DNA from: Candidatus Aminicenantales bacterium
GTDB taxonomy: Bacteria > Acidobacteriota > Aminicenantia > Aminicenantales > Saccharicenantaceae
Assembly: GCA_050015275.1 (NCBI GenBank)
Contig: JBEKBS010000010.1
Span: forward strand, 65,285-129,284
Length of the DNA stretch: 64,000 nt
Reading direction: 5' to 3'
In this document: one piece after another, positions 18,733 to 28,539 of the stretch
How positions within the stretch are numbered: the first letter of the stretch is position 1
How the letters are laid out: each line of letters opens with the position of its first letter
Made by a program: the position numbers and the translations under genes
The notes under the pieces: model-generated
Told to the model about the DNA's origin: nothing
Seen by the model: only the letters and a program-made list of their open reading frames with translations
Databases searched by the model: none

Positions 18733-19626
18733 ATGGACCGAACAAACACAGCCGAAATGCCCCGCGCGGAGATCGGCATTCTGGGCGGGACGGGACTCTA
18801 CGAGATCGAAGGGCTCAAGGACGTCCAGGAAGTCCCGCTCCAAACTCCCTTCGGCGATCCCTCGGGCCCCTTCGTCACCGGCACCCTGCAGGGGAAGCGG
18901 GTGGCCTTCCTGAGCCGTCACGGCCGGGGCCACCGGCTCCTGCCCGCCGAGGTCAACTACCGGGCCAACATTTACGGCTTCAAGATGCTGGGTGTCGGCC
19001 GGATCATCTCCGTGAATTCCGTGGGCTCCCTCAAGGCGGACATCCGGCCCAGGGACATCGTCCTGGCCGACCAGTTCTTCGACCGGACGCGCCGGGCCAG
19101 CACCTTTTTCGGCGGCGGGCTCGTCGCCCATATCAGCTTCGGCCAGCCCGTCTGCCCGGAGCTTTCGCGCTCCGTTTATGAGGCCGCCATCGGGTTGGGA
19201 CTCAGGGCCCATCCGGCCGGGACATACATCTCGATCGAAGGGCCGGCTTTCTCGACCAAGGCCGAGTCCATCATCTACAAGTCCTGGGGGTGCGACGTCA
19301 TCGGCATGACGGCCGCGACCGAAGCCAGGCTCTGCCGCGAAGCGGAGATCTGCTACGCCACGATGAACCTCGTCACCGATTACGACGTCTGGCACGCCGA
19401 GGAGGAGGCCGTGTCCGTGGAGCTGATCCTCCAGAGCCTATGGCACAATATCGGGAACGCCAAGGCCGTCATCGCGCGGACGGTCGCCGGCCTCGGTCCC
19501 GGGCAGCCCGACACGTGCGGCTGCGGCCAGGCCCTCAGGAACACGATCGTCACGAGCCCGGACCTCATCCCGGCCGAAGCGCGGGAAAAGCTCCGGCTGC
19601 TGGTCGGGAAATACCTCCAGCCGTGA
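18733..19626 (+). CDS. mtnP: S-methyl-5'-thioadenosine phosphorylase
   Basis: PNP/MTAP fold with GILGGTGLY and the phosphate loop. Confidence 0.85.
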   Translation: MDRTNTAEMPRAEIGILGGTGLYEIEGLKDVQEVPLQTPFGDPSGPFVTGTLQGKRVAFLSRHGRGHRLLPAEVNYRANIYGFKMLGVGRIISVNSVGSLKADIRPRDIVLADQFFDRTRRASTFFGGGLVAHISFGQPVCPELSRSVYEAAIGLGLRAHPAGTYISIEGPAFSTKAESIIYKSWGCDVIGMTAATEARLCREAEICYATMNLVTDYDVWHAEEEAVSVELILQSLWHNIGNAKAVIARTVAGLGPGQPDTCGCGQALRNTIVTSPDLIPAEAREKLRLLVGKYLQP

Positions 19627-19641
19627 TCGCCGGGCGGGAAC

Positions 19642-20544
19642 ATGAGCCTCGTCATCGTCGGGTCCGTCGCATTTGACACCATCGAAACGCCCTTCGGCCG
19701 CCGGGCGCGGATCGTGGGCGGCTCCGGGACCTACTGCTCACTCGCGGCCGGCTACTTCACCCATCCCAGGGTCGTGGGGGTCGTCGGCCGGGACTTCCCG
19801 AAAAAGGCGATCGCCTTTCTGAAAGCGAGAGGCGTCGACGTGCGCGGGCTCAAAGTCAGGTCGGGAAAAACCTTCCATTGGGAGGGCCGCTACGAGAAGG
19901 ACCCCAATGTCAGGAAGACCGTCCGGACGGAGCTCAACGTCTTCAGGGACTTCCGGCCCGCGGTTCCCGCCGCCTACGCCAAGGCCGATATCGTTTACCT
20001 GGCCAACATCGACCCCGACGGCCACGAGTTCATCCTCCGGCAGTTCCGGGCGCCCAAGGTCGTCGCCATGGACACGATCCGTTTCTGGATCGAGACGAAA
20101 AGGGAAGCGCTCATCCGTGAGCTGGGCCGGGTCAACGTCCTCTTCGCCAACGATGAGGAGGCCAGGCTCCTTTCCGGGGAACTGAACCTTGTCGCGGCGG
20201 GCCGGGCGCTCGTCGGATACGGGCCCTCGCTCGTCGTTTTGAAAAAAGGCGAGCATGGGGCCCTCGTCTTCGGCCGGGATTTCATCTTCGGCGTCCTGGC
20301 CCATCCCTGCGCCCACGTCATCGACCCGACGGGCGCCGGGGACTCCTTCGCCGGAGGCTTCCTCGGATACCTCGACCGGGCGGGAAGCTTCGGCCGCCGG
20401 GAGGTCCGGCGGGCCGCCGTCTACGGCAGCGTCCTGGCTTCTTTCGCCATCGAGGACTTCGGCATCGACCGCTTCCGGACCCTGGACCGGGCCGCGATCG
20501 AGGGCCGCTTCCGCGATTTCAAGAGGCTCATCTCTTTTCGATAG
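19642..20544 (+). CDS. PfkB-family carbohydrate/nucleoside kinase
   Basis: PfkB signature 2, DPTGAGDSFAGGF, near the C-terminus. Confidence 0.8.
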   Translation: MSLVIVGSVAFDTIETPFGRRARIVGGSGTYCSLAAGYFTHPRVVGVVGRDFPKKAIAFLKARGVDVRGLKVRSGKTFHWEGRYEKDPNVRKTVRTELNVFRDFRPAVPAAYAKADIVYLANIDPDGHEFILRQFRAPKVVAMDTIRFWIETKREALIRELGRVNVLFANDEEARLLSGELNLVAAGRALVGYGPSLVVLKKGEHGALVFGRDFIFGVLAHPCAHVIDPTGAGDSFAGGFLGYLDRAGSFGRREVRRAAVYGSVLASFAIEDFGIDRFRTLDRAAIEGRFRDFKRLISFR

Positions 20545-20593
20545 CGCGCGCCGCCGCCGGGAAAGGCGGGGCGGGCGAGGAGGGAGGAAGATC

Positions 20594-21976
20594 ATGGCCG
20601 AGATCAAAATGCCGGTGGAGCCTTATCGGATCAAGGTCGTCGAACCGATCCGGAACGTTCCGCGCAAGGAGAGAGAGGCCCTCCTCCGGCAGTCCGGTTA
20701 CAACGTGTTCGGCATCCCCGCGGAAAAGGTGACCATCGACCTCCTGACGGACTCCGGTACGTCCGCCATGAGCGACGACCAATGGGCCGGCATCATGATC
20801 GGCGACGAATCGTATGCCGGGGCCCGGAACTTCTTCCATTTGGAGAAGTCCGTCCAGGGAATTTTCGGCTTCACCCACGTGATCCCCACCCACCAGGGCC
20901 GAGCGGCCGAGAGGATCCTGTTTGGGGCCATGGTCAAGAAAGGGAATTACGTCCCGAACAACATTCACTTCGACACGACCCGGGCCAATATCGAATTTCT
21001 GGAAGCGCAGGCCGTGAACATGGTCAGGCCCGCGGCTTATGACCCGGATTCGGACGGCCTGTTCAAGGGCGACCTGGACGTGGCCGGGCTGAAAAAGTTC
21101 ATCGAGGCGAAGGGGGTCAAGAAGATCCCGCTCGTCATGGTGACCGTCACCAACAACAGCGGGGGAGGACAGCCCGTCTCCCTCAAGAACATCAAGGAGG
21201 TCAGCCAGGTCTGCGCCCATTATGAGATCCCCTTCTTCTTCGACGCCTGCCGGTTCGCCGAGAACGCTTTTTTCATCAAGAGGCGCGAGAAGGGATACGA
21301 GAAGAAAAGCGTCCTCGAGATCGCCCAGGAGATGTTCTCCTACGCCGACGGCGCGACCATGAGCGGCAAGAAAGACGCCCTGGTCAACATTGGCGGCTTT
21401 GTCACTTTCGACGACGACGGCCTGGCCGAGAAGGTTAAGAACCTCCTGATCATCAGCGAGGGATTCACGACCTACGGCGGTCTGGCCGGCCGGGACCTCG
21501 AGGCCATGGCCCGGGGCCTGAACGAGGTCCTGGATGAGGATTACCTTGAACACAGGACGGCCCAGGTGGCCTACCTCGGGGGCTTGCTCCACGAAGCCGG
21601 CGTGCCGGTCTTCAGGCCCTTCGGTGGGCATGCCGTTTACATCCTGGCCGACCGTTTCCTGCCGCATATCCCGAGGTCGCAGTATCCGGGCTGGGCCCTC
21701 ACGGTGGCCCTCTACCGTGAGTTCGGGATCCGGGCCGTCGAGATCGGCGGGGTGATGTTCGGACAGAAGGCAGGCAAAGGGAAAAAGGAGGTCTACCCCG
21801 AGCTCGAGATGGTCCGGCTGGCCATTCCCCGGCGGGTCTACACGGCCTCCCACCTCCAGGCGGTCGCCGAAGCCCTCATCGAGCTCCACAAGAACCGGGG
21901 GAAGATCCGTGGCCTGAGGATCGTACGGGAATCGCCGTTCCTCCGGCACTTCACCGCGCGGCTCGAGGAAATCTAG
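20594..21976 (+). CDS. Beta-eliminating lyase: tryptophanase / tyrosine phenol-lyase family (PLP-dependent)
   Basis: About 460 aa, collinear with TnaA/Tpl (PEPYRIKVVEPIR ... DLLTDSGT ... PTHQGR ... PLxMD-type K motif region SGKKDALVNIGG). A ribosome-binding site AGGGAGGAAG precedes it. Confidence 0.85.
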   Translation: MAEIKMPVEPYRIKVVEPIRNVPRKEREALLRQSGYNVFGIPAEKVTIDLLTDSGTSAMSDDQWAGIMIGDESYAGARNFFHLEKSVQGIFGFTHVIPTHQGRAAERILFGAMVKKGNYVPNNIHFDTTRANIEFLEAQAVNMVRPAAYDPDSDGLFKGDLDVAGLKKFIEAKGVKKIPLVMVTVTNNSGGGQPVSLKNIKEVSQVCAHYEIPFFFDACRFAENAFFIKRREKGYEKKSVLEIAQEMFSYADGATMSGKKDALVNIGGFVTFDDDGLAEKVKNLLIISEGFTTYGGLAGRDLEAMARGLNEVLDEDYLEHRTAQVAYLGGLLHEAGVPVFRPFGGHAVYILADRFLPHIPRSQYPGWALTVALYREFGIRAVEIGGVMFGQKAGKGKKEVYPELEMVRLAIPRRVYTASHLQAVAEALIELHKNRGKIRGLRIVRESPFLRHFTARLEEI

Positions 21977-22023
21977 ACAATCTCTTCATTGTTTCTTCTC
22001 AAGGTCGCGGACTCGGGAGGAGT

Positions 22024-22114
22024 CCCTCCGGCAGGGAGCGGATTCTGAGGAGCGACCAGCAGAAGTGTGGCGGAGCGGCTCGGAGCCGCACTTCTGGTCA
22101 ATATCTGAAACGAG
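22024..22114. repeat. Intergenic repeat element, copy B (inverted relative to copy A)
   Basis: It shares the hairpin agaagtgtggc/gccgcacttct and the flanking motifs with copy A, and lies between the convergent tryptophanase-like gene and the lipoprotein gene. Confidence 0.7.
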
Positions 22115-22146
22115 TCTTTGCGTATTGCTCCAGGGACTCTCCCTGG

Positions 22147-22872
22147 TTAGATCTTATCGCCCGGTTCGACCCGGAGGTCCAGGCTGCCGATGCCGGCGTC
22201 GATCTCGATGTCGATCGTGACGTCACTCTTTCCGTAGGCGTCGTTCGTGTAGACGTGATGGTCCTTCGAAAGCCCGTGGGCGCTGACGGAGCCGATCCCG
22301 CCGTCCACCCTGACCCGGACGCCCACTTCGGCGGGAAGGTAGAGGGTCCCGCTCCCGACGCCGCCATCGATCTTGACCCTGAAGCCCTTCTGATGGGGGC
22401 CGCGAAGATCGAGCCTCATCTCGCCGACGCCCGTGTCGATGTCCAGGCTGGAGAGGTCGAGGCCCCGGAGGTCGAGACGGCTTTCTCCCGCGCCCAGATT
22501 GACCTTGAGGTCGAGGGGGATGGCCTTATTCAGGCGGAGGTCCCATTCATTGCGGGTGCGGCCGAAGTTGATGCCGCTCCGGCCGTGGCGGCCGATCCTG
22601 AGGATGCCCGTCGTGCCCGACACCCGGTAATCGACTTCGGGTTTCAGGCGGTCTCTGTTATAGCGGAAAGTCGCCTCGAGGAGGGCGTCCTGGTTCGCCC
22701 CGGCCAGCCGGAGCTCCCCGGCCCCCATCCGCAGCTCGATTTCGGCGGTTTTGGCCCCGCCGGCCGCCACCGTCTGGTTGTCCGTCTGCAGGTCCCTGGG
22801 CTCGTCGCAGGCGACGAACAGCCCGGCGAGGAGAAATATGCCCCCTACGATCTTAATACGGGATACGTTCAT
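22147..22872 (-). CDS. Lipoprotein with DUF4097-like (putative adhesin / beta-helix) repeats
   Basis: Lipobox LLAGLFVAC, and repeated G-x-G-x-(L/V)-x-(L/V) beta-solenoid-like units (VGSGTLYL, IGSVSAHG, IGSLDLRV). Confidence 0.55.
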   Translation of the reverse strand: MNVSRIKIVGGIFLLAGLFVACDEPRDLQTDNQTVAAGGAKTAEIELRMGAGELRLAGANQDALLEATFRYNRDRLKPEVDYRVSGTTGILRIGRHGRSGINFGRTRNEWDLRLNKAIPLDLKVNLGAGESRLDLRGLDLSSLDIDTGVGEMRLDLRGPHQKGFRVKIDGGVGSGTLYLPAEVGVRVRVDGGIGSVSAHGLSKDHHVYTNDAYGKSDVTIDIEIDAGIGSLDLRVEPGDKI

Positions 22873-23035
22873 GGATGGCCTCCCTGGTCTTTCATTCCTG
22901 ATTATATCCTTTTATACGAGAAAAGGCCGGGCCGGGTTCCGGAATTCAAAAGGTTTTTGCTGCATGATATATTTACATGCCCGGGCGAACTGTGATAAAC
23001 GTGCCTTGATCTGGCCTGACCATGGAGGGCGCAAT

Positions 23036-24619
23036 ATGAACAGCAAAACCGCATTCCGGACAGGTATTTCTTTCCTGGCGATATTCCTGATGGCTGTTGC
23101 GTCCGGGCGTCTAGCCGCCCAGGACCTCGACTCGCTCATGAAGACCAGACCGGGGAAGTCCCGGGCGGTCACCTCGTCCGACCCCAACCTGAACAGCAAC
23201 GCCGACCGGATCAAGTACGTTGCGCCCGGCGAGACCAAAGTCCTGGCCGACATCAAGGGCCCGGCCGTCGTCCGACACATCTGGCTGACGTTCAACGAGG
23301 CCCGGCCGAACTGGCTCGAAGCCGGGGGGTCGGCCGCGCCGAACGAGATCGTCCTCCGGATGTATTGGGACGATGCCAAGGAGCCGGCCGTCGAAGCCCC
23401 GCTCGGCGATTTCTTCGGGGCGGGATTCGGCCGGCGCCTCGAGCTCAAGTCCGTGCCCGTCCAGGTCGAGGGCGGCGACGGCTACAACTGCTACTGGCCG
23501 ATGCCGTTCTTCAAACGGGGCCTGATCACGATCACGAACGAGAGCTCGAAGAACGTCCGCTCCTTCTACTACCACTTCGATTATGAGGAGGCGCCGTCCC
23601 TGGCGCCCGATTCCGCCTACTTCTGCGCCCAGTACAACCAGGCGTTCCCCGAGAAATTGGGGAAGGATTACCTCATCGCCGACCTCGAGGGGAAAGGGCA
23701 TTACGTCGGCACGGTGATGTCCGTCCGGTCCCGCAGTCCTCTCTGGTTCGGCGAGGGCGACGCCCGGGTCTACGTCGACGGCGACACGAAGCCTTCCATC
23801 CAGGGCACGGGGACTGAGGACTACTTCCTCATGGCCTGGGGGCTCAACCAGGCCCAATTCCCTTACTTCGGATGCACCTACATGAGCACGGACTTCGAGG
23901 ACCTGGGCACGCAGTACTGTCTCTACCGCTGGCACATCGCCGATGCCATCCGCTTCTCGAAATCCCTGCGCTTCGAAATGGAGCACACCGGCTGGATCTC
24001 CGCCGACGAGACCGAGAGCGGCAAGATCGAGGGACACGTCGAGCGCGAGGACGACATGGCCACCGTCGCGTTCTGGTATCAGGAAGGGCAGCCGAAACGG
24101 TTCACGAAGCTCCCGCCGCTCGCGGAGCGCCTCCTGCCGAACCTCGACATCGTCATTGAGGGCAAGACCCTGCTCCCGACGGCCAGGCATTCGCCCGGCG
24201 TCCTGGAGCTCCAGAAGGGTTACGACTGGACGGGGGCGGGGCAGGTCCTCTTCATGCCGGCCTCGGACCAGCCCGCGCTCGAGGTCGAGTTCGCCGTCGA
24301 GAAAGAGGACTACCGCGGGCTGATCCTGCGGATGACCTATGCCGAGGACTACGGGATTTACAGGATTTTCCTTGATGGGAAGAACGTCCGGCAGCCCGGG
24401 GATTACATGGCGGGCCAGAAAATCCAGGATTATGACCTCTATTCCAAGACGCTCGAGGTCAGGGACCATTACCTCGGCAGCTTCAAATTCGTGCCCGGCA
24501 AGCACACCTTGAGGTTCGAATGCCTCGGACGGAACCCCCTCTCGAAAGGCAACTATCTCGGCCTTGATTCAGTCCGGCTGCGCGAGCGATGGAACAGGAA
24601 AAGGAAGCTCCTGTCCTGA
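23036..24619 (+). CDS. Secreted DUF2961 (glycoside hydrolase family 172-like) protein
   Basis: Signal peptide, about 500 aa, and the conserved blocks GTGTEDYF, YRWH and FWYQ that I associate with DUF2961. The track ORF starts too far upstream, and the real ATG is at 23036. Confidence 0.55.
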   Translation: MNSKTAFRTGISFLAIFLMAVASGRLAAQDLDSLMKTRPGKSRAVTSSDPNLNSNADRIKYVAPGETKVLADIKGPAVVRHIWLTFNEARPNWLEAGGSAAPNEIVLRMYWDDAKEPAVEAPLGDFFGAGFGRRLELKSVPVQVEGGDGYNCYWPMPFFKRGLITITNESSKNVRSFYYHFDYEEAPSLAPDSAYFCAQYNQAFPEKLGKDYLIADLEGKGHYVGTVMSVRSRSPLWFGEGDARVYVDGDTKPSIQGTGTEDYFLMAWGLNQAQFPYFGCTYMSTDFEDLGTQYCLYRWHIADAIRFSKSLRFEMEHTGWISADETESGKIEGHVEREDDMATVAFWYQEGQPKRFTKLPPLAERLLPNLDIVIEGKTLLPTARHSPGVLELQKGYDWTGAGQVLFMPASDQPALEVEFAVEKEDYRGLILRMTYAEDYGIYRIFLDGKNVRQPGDYMAGQKIQDYDLYSKTLEVRDHYLGSFKFVPGKHTLRFECLGRNPLSKGNYLGLDSVRLRERWNRKRKLLS

Positions 24620-24740
24620 CCATTTCGGCATTTCGGCGACACACAACTTATTAACGAAATAGGCACAGCTTCCTGATTAGTGTATTTAGTTATATGTCAC
24701 CGCATTTCCTGTCGAGATCCATGTCGAGGAGGGAGAAATC

Positions 24741-26840
24741 ATGAGGAAGAAATGGCTCTGGAGCTTGCTGGCCCTTTCCATCGTCTGGCCCGTTGGGGGG
24801 GGCCCTGGGGCCGCGGCCGCAGGCGCCCCGGGCACGCGCCCGCCGGCGGTCCCGCTCGTGACGCACGATCCTTATTTCAGCATCTGGGCCGTCAAGGACA
24901 AGCTGACAGACGACTGGCCCCGCCATTGGACGGGAACCGTTCACGGACTCTCGGCGCTGGCCCGCGTCGACGGGAGAGCCTTTCGGGTGATGGGGCCAAG
25001 CCCTTGGCAGGTTCCGGCCCTCAGCCAGGCCGGACTTGAGATCACTCCCACTCAGACCGTTTACACGTTCGCCGACGCCGGCGTCGAGCTGAGCCTGACC
25101 TTCACCTCGCCCCTCCTCATCGAGGACCTCGACGTCATGTCCCGGCCCGTGACCTACATCACGGCCGCGTTCCGCTCGACGGACGGAAGGTCCCATTCCG
25201 TCTCGTTCTACTTCGGCGCCCCGGCCGCTCTCTGCGTCAACACGCCGGATGAGAAGGTCGTCTGGGGCCGCCACCTGGTGCCCGGACTCGAGGTTATGGC
25301 CATCGGGTCCAAGGACCAGCCGGTGCTCGAAAAAAAAGGGGACGACCTCAGGATCGACTGGGGCCGGTTCTACCTGGCCGCCCCGAAGGCCGATGCCTCG
25401 GCCTCGGCCATGGCCTCCGCCGACGTCTGCCGCAATACGTTCGCTAAGAACGGCCGGCTGCCCGACGCGGACGACATGGAGATGCCCCGGCCGGCCGACG
25501 ACGACCTCGCGGCGACCGTCGTTTTCGATTACGGGACGGTCGGGGGCACCGTGTCGTCTCGGCATCTCCTCCTGGCTTATGACGACGGATTTTCCATCGA
25601 ATATTTCTACCGGAAGCTCCGGCCGTATTGGCGCCGGACGGGTTGGGAGGCCCGCGACCTTCTGGCGGCCGCCGAGAGGGATTATTTGTCCCTCCTCGAG
25701 CGCTGCCGGGACTTCGACGGCGAGCTCATGGCCGACATGAAGAGAGCCGGGGGAGAGAAGTATGCCTTCACGGCGTCGCTCGCCTACAGGCAGTCGATCT
25801 CCGCCTGCAAGCTCGTCGCTGATATCGACGGGACGCCGCTCTTTTTCCCGCGTGAGAATTTCAGCAACGGCTGCATCTCCACCGTGGACGTGATTTATCC
25901 CGCAGCGCCGCAGTACATTCTTCTCAGCCCGGCCCTCGTCCGCGGGATGCTCATCCCGGTGATGGATTACGCGAAGAGCCCGCAGTGGCCGTTCCCGTTC
26001 GCGCCGCACGACCTCGGCACCTATCCGCAAGCCAACGGCCAGGTCTACGGCGGCGGGAACAAGACCGAGGACGACCAGATGCCCGTCGAGGAGAGCGGCA
26101 ACATGATCATCCTGGTCGCGGCCCTGGCCCAGGCCGAGGGGAAGCCGGATTTTGCCGTCCGCTACTGGGACCTCGTGGCGCGCTGGGCGGGCTACCTCAA
26201 GGACAAAGGGTTCGACCCGGAAAACCAGCTCTGCACGGACGATTTCGCGGGGCACCTGGCCCACAACGCCAATCTCTCCCTCAAGGCCATCCTGGCCCTC
26301 CGGTCCTACGCCTGGCTCTGCGAAAAAACGGGCCGCAGGGCGGAGGCCGGAGAATATCTTGGGATTTCGAAGAAATTCGCCCGGGACTGGGTGGCGAAGG
26401 CGGACGACGGCGACCACTTCCGCCTGGCCTTCGACCGGCCCGGGACCTGGAGCCAGAAATATAACCTTGTCTGGGACAAGATTTTGGGCTTCAACCTCTT
26501 CCCGGCTTCGGTCGCCCGCAAGGAGCTCGATCATTATCTCAAGTCACAGCTCAAGTACGGTCTTCCCCTCGACAATCGCAAGACCTACACCAAGCTCGAC
26601 TGGATTTTCTGGACGGCGACCCTGGCCGACGACGCCGCGACGTTCGGCCGGCTGACCGACCCGGTGTTCGCGTTCCTGGGCGAGACCCCCGACCGGGTCC
26701 CGATGACGGACTGGTACTGGACCGACAGCGGCAAACAGGCCGGCTTCCAGGCGCGACCTGTGGTCGGCGGCGTGCTCATCAAGATGCTCGCCGACCCGGC
26801 CATTCGGGCGAAGTGGCAGGGAAAGGCCGGCGCAAAATAG
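24741..26840 (+). CDS. Secreted glutaminase-A-like protein (DUF4964/DUF5127/DUF4965/DUF1793 architecture; six-hairpin glycosidase-like)
   Basis: Signal peptide MRKKWLWSLLALSIVWPVGG, about 700 aa, and a central block FPFAPHDLGTYPQANGQVYG...EESGNMIILVAALA typical of GtaA-like proteins. Confidence 0.6.
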   Translation: MRKKWLWSLLALSIVWPVGGGPGAAAAGAPGTRPPAVPLVTHDPYFSIWAVKDKLTDDWPRHWTGTVHGLSALARVDGRAFRVMGPSPWQVPALSQAGLEITPTQTVYTFADAGVELSLTFTSPLLIEDLDVMSRPVTYITAAFRSTDGRSHSVSFYFGAPAALCVNTPDEKVVWGRHLVPGLEVMAIGSKDQPVLEKKGDDLRIDWGRFYLAAPKADASASAMASADVCRNTFAKNGRLPDADDMEMPRPADDDLAATVVFDYGTVGGTVSSRHLLLAYDDGFSIEYFYRKLRPYWRRTGWEARDLLAAAERDYLSLLERCRDFDGELMADMKRAGGEKYAFTASLAYRQSISACKLVADIDGTPLFFPRENFSNGCISTVDVIYPAAPQYILLSPALVRGMLIPVMDYAKSPQWPFPFAPHDLGTYPQANGQVYGGGNKTEDDQMPVEESGNMIILVAALAQAEGKPDFAVRYWDLVARWAGYLKDKGFDPENQLCTDDFAGHLAHNANLSLKAILALRSYAWLCEKTGRRAEAGEYLGISKKFARDWVAKADDGDHFRLAFDRPGTWSQKYNLVWDKILGFNLFPASVARKELDHYLKSQLKYGLPLDNRKTYTKLDWIFWTATLADDAATFGRLTDPVFAFLGETPDRVPMTDWYWTDSGKQAGFQARPVVGGVLIKMLADPAIRAKWQGKAGAK

Positions 26841-26850
26841 CGGCGACATC

Positions 26851-26908
26851 AATTCTGGTAAATATCTGGAACGAGACCCGGGTCTTCCGGGCTGCCTCCG
26901 CTCCGCCC
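26851..26908. repeat. Partial or diverged copy C of the intergenic repeat
   Basis: aattctggtaaatatctggaacgag matches the copy A/B flank 24 of 25 nt, followed by ctccgctccgcc resembling the hairpin loop region. It lies 11 nt after the glutaminase-like stop. Confidence 0.5.
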
Positions 26909-27174
26909 TGAACATGGCCTCCTCCGGGAACACCCCCTGCGCATTCTTCCTCTATCACTTCAGCCATTACCGAAGCCTCAATCTTTGAACAACGCTTCGG
27001 GAAGGCCAAGCCGCACATGGCGTTCCGGCCATATGCAGAGTCCCGAGGAGGGGGGCTTTCCGTCTCGTCCGCATCTCTTGCGCCGGGCTGGAGAATTTGT
27101 TTAAATGAGGGTTCCGGAAAGGCGGTTTTGGGCCTTTCTTGTGACCGATGATCTTTCGATAAGCAGGAGGTCCG

Positions 27175-28539
27175 ATGAGCGAGAACGAAAAGAACCAAAC
27201 CCGCAGGGATTTTCTCAAGATCGGGGCCGCGGCCGGCCTGGGCGCCGCCGTCGCAGGGCTCGAGCTCGGCGCCAGGGAGAAGAACCTCGGCTCGGGGGGG
27301 GCCCGGTCCCAGTTCAAGGCCGCTCCCATCCCGACGGTCCGGGTTGGCTTCGTCGGGGTCGGCGGCATGGGGTCGGCCCATGTCCAGAACTACCTCAACA
27401 TCGAGGGCGTCCGGGTCAAGGCCATATGCGACGTCGTTCCAGGGAAGGTCGCCCGGGCCCAGAAGTGGGTCGTCGCGGCCGGGCAGCCCGAGCCGACGGG
27501 CTATTCCCGGGGACCGCACGATTTCGAGCGCATGTGCGCGACCGAAGAGCTCGACCTCGTCATGACCGCGACGCCCTGGGAATGGCACGTCCCGGTCTGC
27601 CTCTCGGCCATGAAGAACGGCAAGCACGCCGTGACCGAGGTCCCGGCGGCCATGTCCCTCGATGACTGCTGGGCGCTCGTCGAGACGGCCGAAAGATATG
27701 GCAAACACTGCCAAATGATGGAGAACTGCTGCTACGATCGGATCGAGCTCATGACCCTGAACCTCGTCCGGAAGGGCATCCTGGGCGAGGCCCTGCATGC
27801 CGAGGCCGGCTATCTCCATGACTTGCGCGGGGTCAAGTTCTCGAGCGAAGGCGAAGGGCTCTGGCGCCGGGCCTGGTCCCAGAGGCTCAACGGCAACCTC
27901 TACCCGACGCACGGGCTGGGCCCGGTCGCCCAATGCTTGAACATCAACCGCGGCGACGCTTTCGACTTCCTGGTGTCCGTGAGCAGCCCCACCCGCGGGC
28001 TCCACGAATACGCCGTCGAGCATTTCGGGCCGGAGTCGACCCAGGCCCGGGAGAAATATGTCCTTGGCGACGTCAATACCAGCCTGATCAAAACGAAGCT
28101 CGGAAAGACGATTATTCTCATCCACGAGACGAACCTGCCCCGGCCGTACACGAGGATCAACCTCGTCCAGGGGACCAAGGGCATCGCCCAGAAGTGGCCC
28201 GACCGGATCTACATTGAGGGCAGGGCCGACAAGCCCGATGAGTGGGATGATTTCGAGAAGTTCGCCGTCGAGTTCGAACACCCGCTCTGGAAGGCCGTCG
28301 CCTCGAAAGGGGAGGGGCGCGGCCACGGCGGCATGGATTACATCGAGGACTATCGGTTGATCCAGTCCCTGCGCAAGGGCGAGCCGCTCGACCAGGACGT
28401 CTATGACGCGGCGGCCTGGAGCGCCATCGTCGGGGCGAGCTGCCAGAGCGTCGCCGGCAAGGGCCGGCCCGTCGCCATCCCGGATTTCACCCGCGGCCTG
28501 TGGAAGACCAACCCACCCCTCGGGATCATCCAACCCTGA
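27175..28539 (+). CDS. Tat-exported Gfo/Idh/MocA-family NAD-dependent oxidoreductase (GH109-like)
   Basis: Tat signal TRRDFLKIGAAAGLGAAVAG, Rossmann motif VGFVGVGGMGSAH, and the about 450-aa length typical of GH109 alpha-N-acetylgalactosaminidase-like proteins. Confidence 0.7.
   Translation: MSENEKNQTRRDFLKIGAAAGLGAAVAGLELGAREKNLGSGGARSQFKAAPIPTVRVGFVGVGGMGSAHVQNYLNIEGVRVKAICDVVPGKVARAQKWVVAAGQPEPTGYSRGPHDFERMCATEELDLVMTATPWEWHVPVCLSAMKNGKHAVTEVPAAMSLDDCWALVETAERYGKHCQMMENCCYDRIELMTLNLVRKGILGEALHAEAGYLHDLRGVKFSSEGEGLWRRAWSQRLNGNLYPTHGLGPVAQCLNINRGDAFDFLVSVSSPTRGLHEYAVEHFGPESTQAREKYVLGDVNTSLIKTKLGKTIILIHETNLPRPYTRINLVQGTKGIAQKWPDRIYIEGRADKPDEWDDFEKFAVEFEHPLWKAVASKGEGRGHGGMDYIEDYRLIQSLRKGEPLDQDVYDAAAWSAIVGASCQSVAGKGRPVAIPDFTRGLWKTNPPLGIIQP

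Noticed and set aside
20528-21949. 473-aa minus-strand ORF
   Set aside because: It lies entirely antisense to the well-supported tryptophanase/Tpl gene, and its composition is a GC artefact.
23111-28533. Three long minus-strand ORFs (23111-24505, 24690-26534, 26779-28533)
   Set aside because: Each mirrors a plus-strand gene that has signal peptides and recognisable domains. All are Arg/Gly/Pro/Asp-rich with no motifs.
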